A model generated the notes under the pieces. It worked only from the letters and a program-made list of their open reading frames with translations. It searched no databases and was not told the DNA's origin. The position numbers were made by a program, and so were the translations under genes. DNA of 62,114 nucleotides, filler included, from Babesia bigemina (lineage: Eukaryota), in NCBI RefSeq assembly GCF_000981445.1. It is 8 parts of 8 records of this genome, joined end to end, with 100 filler letters (N's around TTAATTAATTAA, not from the genome) between each part and the next. Parts side by side here need not be neighbours in the genome. Positions count along the whole stretch, not along the records: positions 51,772 to 54,578 come from NW_012236978.1; positions 54,679 to 57,230 come from NW_012236979.1; positions 57,331 to 59,528 come from NW_012236980.1; positions 59,629 to 62,114 come from NW_012236981.1; 4 more parts are not named here. The stretch is one strand, 5' to 3'. This document shows, piece by piece, positions 51,772 through 62,114 of the stretch. Each line of letters begins with the position of its first letter. The first letter of the stretch is position 1.

Positions 51772-54578
51772 CTTCCAGCAGGTGAATCAACTCCAGACCT
51801 TGGACGTCTTCCAGCATGTGAATCAACTCCAGACCTTGGACGTCTTCCAGCAGGTGAATCAACTCCAGACCTGGAACGGCTTTTAGCCGGTGAATCAACT
51901 CCAGACCTTGGAAGTCTTCCAGCAGGTGAATCAACTCCAGACCTTGGACGTCTTCCAGCCGGTGAATCAACTCCAGACCTCGGACGTCTTCCAGCAGGTG
52001 AATCAACTCCAGACCTGGGACGCCTTCTAGACGGTGAATCAACTCCAGACCTGGGACGCCTTCTAGACGGTGAATCAACTCCAGACCTGGGACGCCTTCT
52101 AGCCGGTGAATCAACTCCAGACCTCGGACGTCTTCCAGCAGGTGAATCCACTCCAGACCTCGGACGTCTTCCAGCAGGTGAATCAACTCCAGACCTCGGA
52201 CGCCTCTTAGCAGGCGCGTCAACACCTGACCTGGGACGCCTTCTAGCAGGTGAATCAACTCCTGACCTCGGACGTCTTCCAGCAGGTGAATCAACTCCAG
52301 ACCTCGGACGCCTCTTAGCAGGCGCGTCAACTCCGGACCTCGGACGTCTCCTAGCCGGTGAATCAACTGCAGACCTCGGACGTCTTCCAGCAGGTGAATC
52401 AACTCCGGACCTCGGACGTCTCCTAGCCGGTGAATCAACTGCAGACCTTGTACGGCGTTTGATTGCAGCATCCACAGCAGACCTCGGACGCCTCTTAGCA
52501 GGCGCGTCAACACCTGACCTGGGACGCCTTCCAGCTGGTGAGTCAACTCCTGATCTTGGACGCCTTCCAGCTGGTGAGTCAGCACCTGATCTTGGACGTC
52601 TTCCAGCAGGTGAATCAACTCCAGACCTGGGACGCCTTCTAGCCGGTGAATCAACTCCAGACCTGGGACGCCTTCTAGCCGGTGAATCAACTGCAGACCT
52701 CGGACGTCTTCCAGCAGGTGAATCAACTCCAGACCTGGGGTGCCTTCTAGCCGGTGAATCAACTCCTGATCGTGGACGCCTTCTAGCCGGTGAATCAACT
52801 GCAGACCTTGTACGGCGTTTGATTGCAGCATCCACAGCAGACCTCGGACGCCTCTTAGCAGGCGCGTCAACACCTGACCTGGGACGCCTTCCAGCTGGTG
52901 AGTCAACTCCTGATCTTGGACGCCTTCCAGCTGGTGAGTCAACACCTGATCTTGGACGTCTTCCAGCAGGTGAATCAACTCCAGACCTCGGACGTCTTCC
53001 AGCAGGTGAATCAACTCCAGACCTGGGACGCCTTCTAGCCGGTGAATCAACTGCAGACCTCGGACGTCTTCCAGCAGGTGAATCAACTCCAGACCTGGGG
53101 TGCCTTCTAGCCGGTGAATCAACTCCTGATCGTGGACGCCTTCTAGCCGGTGAATCAACTGCAGACCTTGTACGGCGTTTGATTGCAGCATCCACAGCAG
53201 ACCTCGGACGCCTCTTAGCAGGCGCGTCAACACCTGACCTGGGACGCCTTCCAGCTGGTGAGTCAACTCCTGATCTCGGACGCCTCTTAGCAGGCGCGTC
53301 AACACCTGACCTGGGACGCCTTCTAGCCGGTGAATCAACTCCTGATCTTGGACGCCTTCTAGCCGGTGAATCAACTGCAGACCTTGTACGGCGTTTGATT
53401 GCAGCATCCACAGCAGACCTCGGACGCCTTCCAGCTGGTGAGTCAACTCCTGATCTTGGACGCCTTCCAGCTGGTGAGTCAACACCTGATCTTGGACGCC
53501 TCTTAGCAGGCGCGTCAACTCCTGACCTGGGACGCCTTCCAGCTGGTGAGTCAACTCCTGATCTCGGACGCCTCTTAGCAGGCGCGTCAACACCTGACCT
53601 GGTACGCCTTCTAGCCGGTGAATCAACTCCTGATCTTGGACGCCTTCTAGCCGGTGAATCAACTCCTGATCGTGGACGCCTTCTAGCCGGTGAATCAACT
53701 GCAGACCTTGTACGGCGTTTGATTGCAGCATCCACAGCAGACCTCGGACGCCTCTTAGCAGGTGAATCAACTCCAGACCTCGGACGTCTTCCAGCAGGTG
53801 AATCAACTCCTGACCTGGAACGGCTCTTAGCCGGGGAGTCAACTCCAGACCTGGGAAGTCTTCCAGCAGGTGAATCAACTCCTGACCTCGGACGTCTTCC
53901 AGCAGGTGAATCAACTCCAGACCTCGGACGTCTTCCAGCAGGTGAATCAACTCCAGACCTGGGACGCCTTCTAGACGGTGAATCAACTCCAGACCTGGGA
54001 CGCCTTCTAGACGGTGAATCAACTCCAGACCTGGGACGCCTTCTAGCCGGTGAATCAACTCCAGACCTCGGACGTCTTCCAGCAGGTGAATCCACTCCAG
54101 ACCTCGGACGTCTTCCAGCAGGTGAATCAACTCCAGACCTCGGACGCCTCTTAGCAGGCGCGTCAACACCTGACCTGGGACGCCTTCTAGCAGGTGAATC
54201 AACTCCTGACCTCGGACGTCTTCCAGCAGGTGAATCAACTCCAGACCTCGGACGCCTCTTAGCAGGCGCGTCAACTCCGGACCTCGGACGTCTCCTAGCC
54301 GGTGAATCAACTGCAGACCTCGGACGTCTTCCAGCAGGTGAATCAACTCCGGACCTCGGACGTCTCCTAGCCGGTGAATCAACTGCAGACCTTGTACGCC
54401 TTCTAGCTGGTGAATCAACTCCTGATCTTGGACGCCTTCTAGCTGGTGAATCAACTCCTGATCTTGGACGCCTTCTAGCCGGTGAATCAACTCCTGATCT
54501 TGGACGCCTTCTAGCCGGTGAATCAACTCCTGATCTTGGACGTCTTCTAGCCGGTGAATCAACTGCTGATCTTGGACG
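51772..54578. repeat. 36-bp tandem repeat (~78 units) filling a whole contig
   Basis: GGTGAATCAACTCCAGACCTCGGACGTCTTCCAGCA units, no length variants seen. Confidence 0.95.
51772..54578 (-). CDS. Internal fragment of a repetitive protein, probably (SGVDSPAGRRPR)n; strand uncertain (plus frame gives GESTPDLGRLPA)
   Basis: Strict 36-bp period with variation concentrated at a shared third codon position; both ends in gaps. Confidence 0.55.
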
Positions 54579-54678
54579 NNNNNNNNNNNNNNNNNNNNNN
54601 NNNNNNNNNNNNNNNNNNNNNNTTAATTAATTAANNNNNNNNNNNNNNNNNNNNNNNNNNNNNNNNNNNNNNNNNNNN
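54579..54678. other. Artificial contig spacer
   Basis: 44N+TTAATTAATTAA+44N. Confidence 0.98.
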
Positions 54679-55073
54679 GTAAGGTAGCAACCAGCCAAAG
54701 TGCTAAGCTAGCAACCAGGCAAAGTGGTAAGCTAGCAACCAGGCAAAGTGCTAACCTAGCACCCAGGCAAAGTGCTATGCTAGCAACCAGGCAAAGTGGT
54801 AAGCTAGCAACCAGGCAATGTGCTAAGCTAGCACCAAGGCGAAGTGCTAAGCTAGCACACAGGCGAAGTGTTAACCTAGCACCCAGGCAACGTGGTAAGC
54901 TAGCACCCTGGCTAAGTTATAAGCTAGCACACAGGCAAAGTGCTGAGCTAGCACACAGGCAACGTGCTAAGCTAGCACCAAGGCGAAGTGCTAAGCTAGC
55001 ACACAGGCGAAGTGTTAACCTAGCACCCAGGCAACGTGGTAAGCTAGCACCCTGGCTAAGTTATAAGCTAGCA
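54679..55073 (+). repeat. 24-bp tandem repeat
   Basis: Tandem units. Confidence 0.95.
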
Positions 55074-55560
55074 GATGAACCGTCGGTTGGTTGTTGCGTT
55101 GAGTTGTGCGTTGACTGTGAGAGGCGTCTGCGTTACCCATTGAGTGAGTGTCACGTAAGGCTAGGTGATTGGTTGCTAAGGTAGGCGGTCCGGAGGGCCG
55201 CGGCGGGTGGCTTAAGTCGTGTGTTGCGAGTCACTGGTAGGGTGGCGAAATCGGCGTTGGCCTGGTTAAGTAGCATTTATAGGCGGCAATGTAGCGATTG
55301 TTAGCATCACATTTAGGCACGTAGCGGACACGCTCCGCCAGCATGGCGCCGATACCGCGGCTCGTAGCACGGTGCTGCTGCACTGTGGGAGTTGAGTGCA
55401 CGGGTCGCTGCAATTTTAATGGCGTTGCGAATAGTGAATAATTTAAAGTGACAGTTGGTGCTAATCACATGCGTCGCGTCAGGGCAGCAGTGGTATCCCG
55501 GGCAGCGTGGGTGTCGGAGCCAGGGCTGGGGGGATACAGGGGTGAGGGTGAGTGTTGATG
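55074..55560 (+). other. ~500-bp conserved GC-rich element (copy 4)
   Basis: Homologous to 49816-50330. Confidence 0.85.
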
Positions 55561-56250
55561 AGGGGACTGGGAGCGGCAGTGGTAGTGTTGCAGTTGGTGA
55601 GTGCTTGCTAGGTGATTGATATGTCTGCAGGTTGAGGGGACTGGGAGCGGCAGTGGTAGTGTTGCAGTTGGTGAGTGTTTGCATAGGTGATTGATATGTT
55701 TGCAGGTTGAGGGGAGTGGTAGCGGCAGTGGTAGTGTTGCAGTTGGTGAGTGCTTGCTAGGTGATTGATATGTTTGCAGGTTGAGGGACTGGGAGCGGCA
55801 GTGGTAGTGTTGCAGTTGGTGAGTGCGTTGCTTAGGTGATTGATATGTCTGCAGGTTGAGGGGACTGGGAGCGGCAGTGGTACGTGTTGCAGTTGGTGAG
55901 TGCTGCTTAGGTTATTGATATGTTCGCAGGTTGAGGGGACTGGTAGCGGCAGTGGTAGTGTTGTAGTTGGTGAGTGCTTGCGTAGGTGACTGATATGTCT
56001 GCAGTTTGAGTGGACTGGGAGCGGCAGTGGTAGGTGTTGCAGTTGGTGAGTGCGTTGCTTAAGTGATTGATATGTTTGCAGGTTGAGGGGAGTGGGCGCG
56101 GCAGTGGTAGTGTTGCAGTTGGTGAGTGCGTTGCTAGGTGATTGATATGTTTGCAGGTTGAGGGGAGTGGGTGCGGCAGCGGTACGTGTTGCAGTTGGTG
56201 AGTGCGTTGCTGAGGTGATTGATATGTCTGTAGGTTGAGGGGACTGGGAG
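55560..56250 (+). repeat. ~75-bp tandem repeat (~9 units)
   Basis: Ends just before ATG 56263. Confidence 0.95.
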
Positions 56251-56262
56251 GGGAAGAGGAAG

Positions 56263-56706
56263 ATGAGTTGGAACAAGTGTAATTGTGGCAAACCATGCCG
56301 AGAGAATGTGGAGTGCTTTTGCTGTCCCTACTGTTGTAAGGTATGTGAACGAAGGTGCTTACCATGTCTCAGTTTCCGGACCTCGCGCAGAATGGGATTC
56401 GGGGAGTGCCATCCTAAGGGATGTACAGAGTGTGACAAAAGCGAATGTGTATGTAAGTGCTGTCTGGCACAACGCATCACCATCTACTCTTCCAGTTCTT
56501 CCTCCTCTTCCTCCCGTGCCCCCGGTTCCCCCGGTCCCGCCACTCCCCCCCGTGTAGAGCAGCAAACCGGTCGACAGTCTACCACCGCTTCTAACCCCGC
56601 CCCTTACATCATCGCCGCCGTCGCCCTCATCATCATCGTCATCTGCGTCATGGTCTACTTCCGCCTCCGGCCGTTCCACAGGGTGCGGTATCTACTGCGC
56701 AGCTGA
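56263..56706 (+). CDS. Small Cys-rich single-pass membrane protein (147 aa), tail type 1
   Basis: CFCCPYCCKVC and CVCKCC motifs; TM; YFRLRPFHRVRYLLRS. Confidence 0.82.
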   Translation: MSWNKCNCGKPCRENVECFCCPYCCKVCERRCLPCLSFRTSRRMGFGECHPKGCTECDKSECVCKCCLAQRITIYSSSSSSSSSRAPGSPGPATPPRVEQQTGRQSTTASNPAPYIIAAVALIIIVICVMVYFRLRPFHRVRYLLRS

Positions 56707-56752
56707 TCGCAATAACCTAACTGGCAACTGACATCTAATGTTGTAGACAGTA

Positions 56753-56950
56753 ATGATCGCGTTGATGAACAATCGCATGAGCAGTGATATGGCCTTCCCC
56801 ACTCCCTACTCCGCCATCGCCGCCGTCGTCGTTGCCATCATCGTCGCCATCATCCTGCTCGACCTGTGCATCTTCCGCTTCCCGGTGGGCCGCAACATCC
56901 GCGATTTCCTCGTCCGCAAGATACCCTTCTGCATCGCGTTCTACAGCTGA
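56753..56950 (+). pseudogene. Tail-only remnant of a type-2 small membrane gene (65-aa ORF)
   Basis: TM and tail nearly identical to 51430-51569; N-terminal codons match the family 3' flank sequence. Confidence 0.6.
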
Positions 56951-57072
56951 TCTAAGCAATTTGTTAGCTCTGAAATCGTAATCCTAATCCCATTGATCAC
57001 CTGACTGGCAACTACACCTAATGTGCTAGACACAGTTATGATCGCGTTGATGGCCAATCACATGAGCGGTGA

Positions 57073-57153
57073 GGTGACCAAGCACCTGACCAAAGTGTTG
57101 ACCAATGTGCTGACCAATGCCATGACCAATGTGCTGACCAATGTGGTGACCAA
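57073..57153 (+). repeat. 12-bp tandem repeat (short)
   Basis: GTGCTGACCAAT units. Confidence 0.85.
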
Positions 57154-57157
57154 GTTG

Positions 57158-57230
57158 ATGGTTACGGCAGCGATGAGATGGTCACGGCAGCGATGAGATG
57201 GTCACGGCAGCGATGAGATGGTCACGGCAG
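57158..57230 (+). repeat. 20-bp tandem repeat running into gap
   Basis: ATGGTCACGGCAGCGATGAG units. Confidence 0.9.
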
Positions 57231-57330
57231 NNNNNNNNNNNNNNNNNNNNNNNNNNNNNNNNNNNNNNNNNNNNTTAATTAATTAANNNNNNNNNNNNNN
57301 NNNNNNNNNNNNNNNNNNNNNNNNNNNNNN
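57231..57330. other. Artificial contig spacer
   Basis: 44N+TTAATTAATTAA+44N. Confidence 0.98.
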
Positions 57331-57426
57331 CACATCGCTCCCTTATCCACTCTACATCGCCCCTTTATCCACCCTACATCGCTCCTTAACCCACTCTACA
57401 TCGCCCCTTATCCACTTTACATCGCT
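57331..57426 (+). repeat. 22-bp telomere-like satellite
   Basis: C-rich on + strand. Confidence 0.9.
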
Positions 57427-57617
57427 CGAATCACCTCGCCATAATACCGCTATTACCTCTATAAACCATCCTAATAACTTGTGCCTTGTCACCCTTCACT
57501 TCCCTTCCTCCACCTCTTGCCACTGCCAAGTCCCATCATGTTCATCCTAACTCCAAATCCTTCGAATTACTTCGCCATATTAACGCTATGACCTCCATTA
57601 ATTATGACCATAACTTG
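57427..57617 (+). promoter_or_regulatory. Tandemly duplicated ves 5' leader
   Basis: First unit has ATT instead of ATG; second ATG 57588 is out of frame; same layout as 9991-10180. Confidence 0.6.
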
Positions 57618-57661
57618 TTACTTCCCACTCCCGTCGTTATGATGATGCTACTAAAAGAGCC

Positions 57662-59528
57662 TTGAAGGACATTGACTCCAAGCTCATTAGCCTTGGTCAC
57701 CTGGCTGGACAGCTTGGCGGATTTGTTGGTGAGAGTGAGAGTGTTAAGGAAGCTGTTATATATGCTATTAAAGCTTATTTCGACACTAATGAAGATCTTA
57801 AAACTGACCTAAATGATGATTACTCTTCTCATGTTACTAACCTTTCTGTGTCTGTCAACTCTGCTGGGAAGGCTGGTGACACCGCTGTAATTAGTGAGCT
57901 AAAAAGTCAAGTAACTAGTCAAATCACTGAGATTAATATGCAACTTAATAAGCCTAATAACCTTAATTATAACTCTCCTTCTTCCCCCTCTTCCTCTGCT
58001 GAGCTAGCCAAATTGCAGTCCAAGTTGGAGGCTTTGAGGAAAGTGAAGGAGCTTTGTGGATTTTATGAGAATCTTAAAAATGCATCAAATGATCCTAAAA
58101 AGCTCTTAGATAATTTATGTGATGGCCTCGAAACCTTCTTAGGCTTCAACTCTGCTTCCAAAGGCTACGATGGCAGTGGGATAGTGTATTCGGACTTGGA
58201 TAGGCTGTGTGACGGGGTGATGGGATTTTTGAGTGGAGTGCTTGATGCGGTGAAAAACACTCAGACATACAATGTCGGTAAAAATACATTAAATTCGGTA
58301 AGTAATGAAATTAACAAACATCTTTGCTCAGGGCACGATGGTTTCACTAAGCTTCTTCCCCGTCTGACTAAAGGGATCGGGAAGTACAACACAGAAGTGA
58401 GAGACTCCAATGAGAAAGTTAAGAAGCCCATTGAAGAGTTGTTAAATCAGGTGGGTGATGCATTTATGAACAAGGTACAAAATATATTGCCGCAGGAAAA
58501 TGAGGGTGAAGATCCCGAGAAAGTGCAGGCGGCGGAGAAGCAAGTGAACGAAATGTTGGCCAATGACATAAAAACATTCACTAATAAATTTAACGTAGCT
58601 TTTCAATTTAAAGATAATAAAGTAGATAAAGCAGAGATGAAAACTGCAATAAGGTATCTAAATCCCACGTTGCAAGTCAGGGTGAACAGCGCCTTGAAGG
58701 CAGTGCACCATGAGATTAAGAGGCTGGAAGAGCTGTCGAGGAAGGAGCATAAGAATTTGGAAGCGACAACGAATTTGATTAATGCTAAACTCACAGAAAT
58801 TAAATGCACCGTAACAGAACAAATTAAATTAAAAATTAATGAACTTGTTGAGGGTCTGAGAAATCTCGTCAAGTTCATGTTGTCTGCCCTTGAGAAAGTC
58901 AAGAGTGCGATGGCCAGCTACATTGTCAAATTGGAGACGTGGATAAAGGAGGCGGACGGGAGTGTAAAACATTCCATCAGCGAGGCTGGAGCAATCGCAC
59001 AAAAAGCTGTCGGAAAACAACACCAGCATGAGCTCAAGGTAAAGGCGGAGGCCGAATTGAAAGCCATTGAGAAAACGCTTGAAAATTACATCACCGGTAT
59101 GGTAAGTCAAATAAATGATAACGTGACTGCGGCGCTTAAGCAGGTGATACAAACGGACGAGGCGATTAAGAAGGATCTGTACACCGTGAAAGGTAAGATA
59201 AAGGAGGCGGTTATGGCATTAGGGGAGAAGTTGGATAAGGATGTGAGAGAAGGATTGTGGAATATGGAACAAAAAATCAGTGGACATCTCACACGTATTG
59301 TAAGTAGCGCACAGAGTTTTGATACAGAATTTAGAAAAACTACACATGCTGCTGCAGCGACTATTCAAGGGTTGTATGAAGATTTTAGTAAAATCAGCAG
59401 TCTCACGGAGCTTGATACGATTGAGAGAGCGTACGGAGGCACAGTGCAAGCCCCTTTATTGAAGGCCATAGGTGGAAGACAAAATCCGTTTCAGAAGCTT
59501 ACAGAATATATACGAAAGTTGAATGATG
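57662..59528 (+). CDS. ves: ves/VESA1-like gene, copy H, 5' part; cut by gap; ORF-track start is TTG, first ATG 57938
   Basis: Hub motif; N-terminal module shared with E and F. Confidence 0.85.
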
Positions 59529-59628
59529 NNNNNNNNNNNNNNNNNNNNNNNNNNNNNNNNNNNNNNNNNNNNTTAATTAATTAANNNNNNNNNNNNNNNN
59601 NNNNNNNNNNNNNNNNNNNNNNNNNNNN
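59529..59628. other. Artificial contig spacer
   Basis: 44N+TTAATTAATTAA+44N. Confidence 0.98.
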
Positions 59629-61429
59629 TCAACATAACTCTTTAGTCTCCAGTAGATGGTTTCATTCTCAAGTAAAGGCTTGCAATCCAGGCATCTAATA
59701 TATCGTTCCCAAAATTTTGTTTCGTGAACTTCTCCGCATATGTAGCCACGCCCTGTATTATGGCGGTTAAACCTGATTTTCCTGGGTTTTTGGCATATAT
59801 TCCTTCAATAAGATTCCAAATGCCATCTTCGAGTTGTCCCCAATACTTATTTATACCCCCATTTCCGTCACCTTGCTCACCAAGGGTTTTCTCCTTGATT
59901 ACCTCGAAATGCTTACGAGCCATTTGAACATACTGTGAAACCACCGAGCCGATCCCGTGTCGCAATTCTGCCAAATCTTTTTGCACCTTTCCATCTAAAT
60001 CTGCAAGTGCATCTTTAACCATACTGGCCAACTTCGGAAGTTTTCCTGCTGATGCCTTGTAAGCGTTATACAACCCTAAGCTTTTATGTTTTAATTCCGC
60101 CACTGCATTTACAAGTTCTAACTTATATTGCGCTTTGGGACCACTAATCACATGAGTGATCTCGTTAACTCTACCCAATGCGACAGAGACAGCGTCATGC
60201 GCTTTAGTAATCCATTGACCAACTTGTGATACATATTCCAGCAACATCTTATCGATGTCTGCAATTCGTTGTTTGAACGCTTCAATGATTTCTGCAAAGC
60301 CTTTGGCGAACTTTGTGATGCTCTCAGTAGAGGATGAATTAATCGTATTTTTTGAATCGTCAAGCTGCTTCTCCACAGAAGAAATCACGGAATCTTTAAA
60401 ACTCTTCTGCTGCATCCAAATTTTTTGAATCCTATTAGCATTATATTCAATTACATTTTTAGCCCTACGCACCTCATCTTCTAGGATATCTTGCAGATCT
60501 CCTATATGCGCATCCTCCGCTACCATACCTTCGGAGTACGCTGCAGCCAACCTAATGCACTCATTAACATACTTATCAATAGAGGCCACATGTTCATGAT
60601 ATTCTAATTTTCCAATGTTACTTTTGAGTTTCCTTGCGTAATTATTTATTTTTGTTATTACATCACTCACCTTTTTATTACTGTCTCTGACAGCATCATT
60701 ATACCTCCGCACCCCGTCGACCACCTCCGCAATCGCATCATTAAAACCTTTTTTACCGGCGTGTTTATTGGTGTTAAGACTCTCAATTGCATCATTCAAA
60801 GTATCTTTATGCTGCCCTAAATGCTCTTTGATGTTACTGAGAACGCCACTCAAAAATCCCATCACCCCGTCACACAGCCTATCCAGGTCAGAGTACACAA
60901 TCCCCTGGCCAGTGTAGCCTTTGGACTCAGAGTTGAAGCCGAGAAACTTTTCGAGGCCGTCACATAAATGCGTTAAAATATTATCATTTTCACCAAGTTC
61001 AGTAGCAAATTTCTTAAGTTTCTCAACAATTTTCATCTGCTGCTTCACTTCAGCCAATCCCTTCTGCCTCTCCTCCTCAGGGAGGTGATGGGTCTTAGCA
61101 CAGTCATTTTTAGCAGCTTTAAGTTTCTCGATTTTAGCGTTTAGTTCATCAATTTGCTTTTTAGAGTCATTAGGATTATTAGATTCTAGAGTTTTAAGTT
61201 GTTCATTAGCTTTTTGAATTGCAGTCTCCTGAGACTGACAGTAGGAGACACCGCTTCCTGAAGCGGAGGTAGTAGGACATTCGAGTTGCTTTTGACGGGT
61301 GTCAAGGCTATCATTAGCCTTCTCAATAGCCTCCTCAATCAACTTTTTCAAAGCTTGAGACAACTTGGTAAGACCATCACCACCATCACCGTTCCCATGC
61401 CTAACCTGGATCAACCAGTCGATGGACTC
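59629..61429 (-). CDS. ves: ves/VESA1-like gene, copy I, 5' part; apparent frameshift near 59675, then cut by gap; first ATG 61036
   Basis: ESIDWLIQVRHGNG, hub motif. Confidence 0.8.
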
Positions 61430-61517
61430 AGTCAGAAGGGCAGTGAAGGGTGACCAAGCACAAGTTATTATTGTGGTCTAAAGAGGTCATAGCGGTAATA
61501 AGACGAGGTAATTCGAG
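61428..61517 (-). promoter_or_regulatory. Conserved ves 5' leader with 20-codon uORF (MTSLDHNNNLCLVTLHCPSD*)
   Basis: ATG 61490, TGA 61430-61428. Confidence 0.6.
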
Positions 61518-61753
61518 AGATGTAGAGTGGATAAAGGGGCGATGTAGAGTGGGTAAAGGGGCGATGTAGAGTGGATAAGGGAGCGATGTAGAGTGGATAA
61601 AGGGGCGATGTAGAGTGGGTAAAGGAGCGATGTAGAGTGGATATAGGGGCGATGTAGAGTGGGTTAGGGAGCGATGAAGAGTGGGTTAGGGAGCGATGTA
61701 GAGTGGGTTAGGGACCGATGTAGAGTGGGTTAAGGGGCGATGTGGAGTGGATG
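61518..61753 (-). repeat. 22-bp telomere-like satellite
   Basis: Tandem units. Confidence 0.95.
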
Positions 61754-61772
61754 ATAATCACTACTCTGGTCA

Positions 61773-62114
61773 ACCATGTCATCGCTGCCGTGACCAGTCA
61801 TCGCTGCCGTGTCCATGTCATCGCTGCCGTGACCAGGTCATCGCTGCCGTAACCAGGTCATCGCTGCCGTAACCATGTCATCGCTGCCGTGACCATTTCA
61901 TCGCTGCCGTAACCATGTCATCGCTGCCGTAGCCATGTCATCGCTGCCGTGACCATTTCATCGCTGCCGTAACCATGTCATCGCTGCCGTGACCATTTCA
62001 TCGCTGCCGTGACCATGTCATCGCTGCCGTAACCATGTCATCGCTGCCGTGACCATTTCATCGCTGCCGTAACCATGTCATCGCTGCCGTGACCATTTCA
62101 TCGCTGCCGTGACC
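61773..62114 (-). repeat. 20-bp tandem repeat
   Basis: Tandem units to window end. Confidence 0.95.

Overview
This is eukaryotic, piroplasm-type (Babesia sensu stricto, most like the B. bigemina/B. ovata clade) variant-antigen DNA. It is built from 8 contigs joined by artificial 100-nt spacers (44N-TTAATTAATTAA-44N). It holds nine large ves/VESA1-like genes of up to ~2000 aa (six run unbroken to their stop, three are cut by gaps). They share an LCxGLExFLGFxxxxKGYxGxGIVYSDLDRLCD hub, a Cys-rich C-terminal region, one TM helix and a ...YLQP tail. There are also three small Cys-rich single-TM genes, one tail-only remnant, and an isolated contig made of a 36-bp repeat with open frames. The main unexplained structure is an intergenic cassette with fixed order and polarity on the ves sense strand: ves 3' flank > 24-bp array > ~500-bp GC-rich unique element > ~75-bp array (each unit looks like a 35-nt GT-AG intron plus a 40-nt exon) > small Cys-rich gene > 12-bp array > 20-bp array > 22-bp telomere-like array > conserved leader > next ves. 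None of the eight visible ves 5' ends has an ATG at the start of its homologous reading frame. The genes are mosaics, and two share an apparently identical ~2.1-kb tract. Organism and family assignments come from recalled motifs, not a database search. Repeat boundaries are approximate.
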